A stretch of 63,955 nt of DNA, counting the filler, from Octopus bimaculoides (Eukaryota), in the NCBI RefSeq assembly GCF_001194135.2. It is 11 parts of 9 records of this genome, joined end to end, with 100 filler letters (N's around TTAATTAATTAA, not from the genome) between each part and the next. Parts side by side here need not be neighbours in the genome. Positions count along the whole stretch, not along the records: positions 62,924 to 63,955 come from NW_026329189.1; 10 more parts are not named here. One strand, 5' to 3'. A program made the position numbers and the translations under genes. This document shows positions 63,223-63,955 of the stretch, in pieces; positions within the stretch are counted from its first letter, which is position 1; every line of letters begins with the position of its first letter. A model generated the notes under the pieces. The model made no database searches. It was not told where the DNA came from and was given only the letters and a program-made list of their open reading frames with translations.

Positions 63223-63955
63223 TATATTTACCAAACATTGACTAACATGAGTTATATTGTAGGCAATGATTGTGTGTACAGGTAGAAGGGAAGAAATATT
63301 AAAGTTGCTAGAAACAACAGCCAAATCTCCCTTAAATAACACAAAGTAAACGGAATTTTAAAATTTTTACATCAATGAAATTTTATCGATATGAACTTTC
63401 CAGTCCAGTAATTACGCACTCAACATATAATATAGAGAGTAAGAGTAAAAGAGGGAGAGGGAGAGAGAGAGAGAGAGAGATAGAAAGTGATACATAAACC
63501 CTAACACTAACACCCTAGTGAAAATCATGGTATATTTACCAAACATTGACGAACATGAGATATTGTAGTGAATGTTTTGTGAGAGAGAAGTGGGAGAGAG
63601 AGGAGGAGAAGGAATAGAGATGGGAGCAATGAAGAGAGAGAAAGAGAGAACGGAAGACAGTTATAAAATAGCAATGCGTGCATGTGTTTATAGAAGAAAC
63701 ACAGAAACTAAATCTTATATCTATAATGTTGATGTGTGTATGTTGTTGTCACAGATCACGTATGTGTGGTTGTGTGTTTTTACGTATCTATGTTATGAAA
63801 AATAGGTAAAGAATACTGAGAGGAAAGTTTAATCTATGACTTTGTATGTATCACTTTCTCTCTCTCTCTCTTTTACTCTTACTCTCTATATTATATGTTG
63901 GGCATGTGTGTAAGAACGCCGTTCCAGGTAGAAGGGAAGAAATATAGAAGTTGCT

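Overview
AT-rich, microsatellite-saturated eukaryotic DNA from a fragmented draft assembly. The SINE families and repeat landscape resemble an octopus/cephalopod genome; this is recalled similarity, not a database hit. Ten 100-bp artificial spacers (N44-TTAATTAATTAA-N44) cut the window into 11 pieces whose true adjacency is unproven. Two host-gene candidates are supported. (1) The first two coding exons of a CYP2-clan cytochrome P450 (+ strand, 8431-8806 and 12525-12750), joined through a non-canonical GC-AG intron; no later exons were found. (2) A minus-strand ORF (35095-34667) that reads as signal-like peptide + Ser-rich linker + basic cleavage cluster + a reduced, two-cysteine thrombospondin-type-1 (TSR)-like domain. 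Most of the remaining interpretable sequence is mobile DNA. This includes Penelope-like retroelements (PLEs) of at least three sequence families whose terminal repeats carry minimal type-I hammerhead ribozyme motifs, each arranged as an inverted repeat; one is a ~680-bp non-coding palindrome with a hammerhead in each arm. Also present are an intact Myb/SANT-like + CCCH-zinc-finger ORF behind tandem 84-bp monomers, mariner elements and MITEs, a 91-bp mini-Helitron, Tx1, CR1-like and Dong/R4 LINE remnants, three tRNA-derived SINE families, two ~200-bp foldback hairpins and a degenerate interstitial (TTAGGG)n-like tract. Most ORFs in the supplied track are translations of simple repeats or N-gaps.
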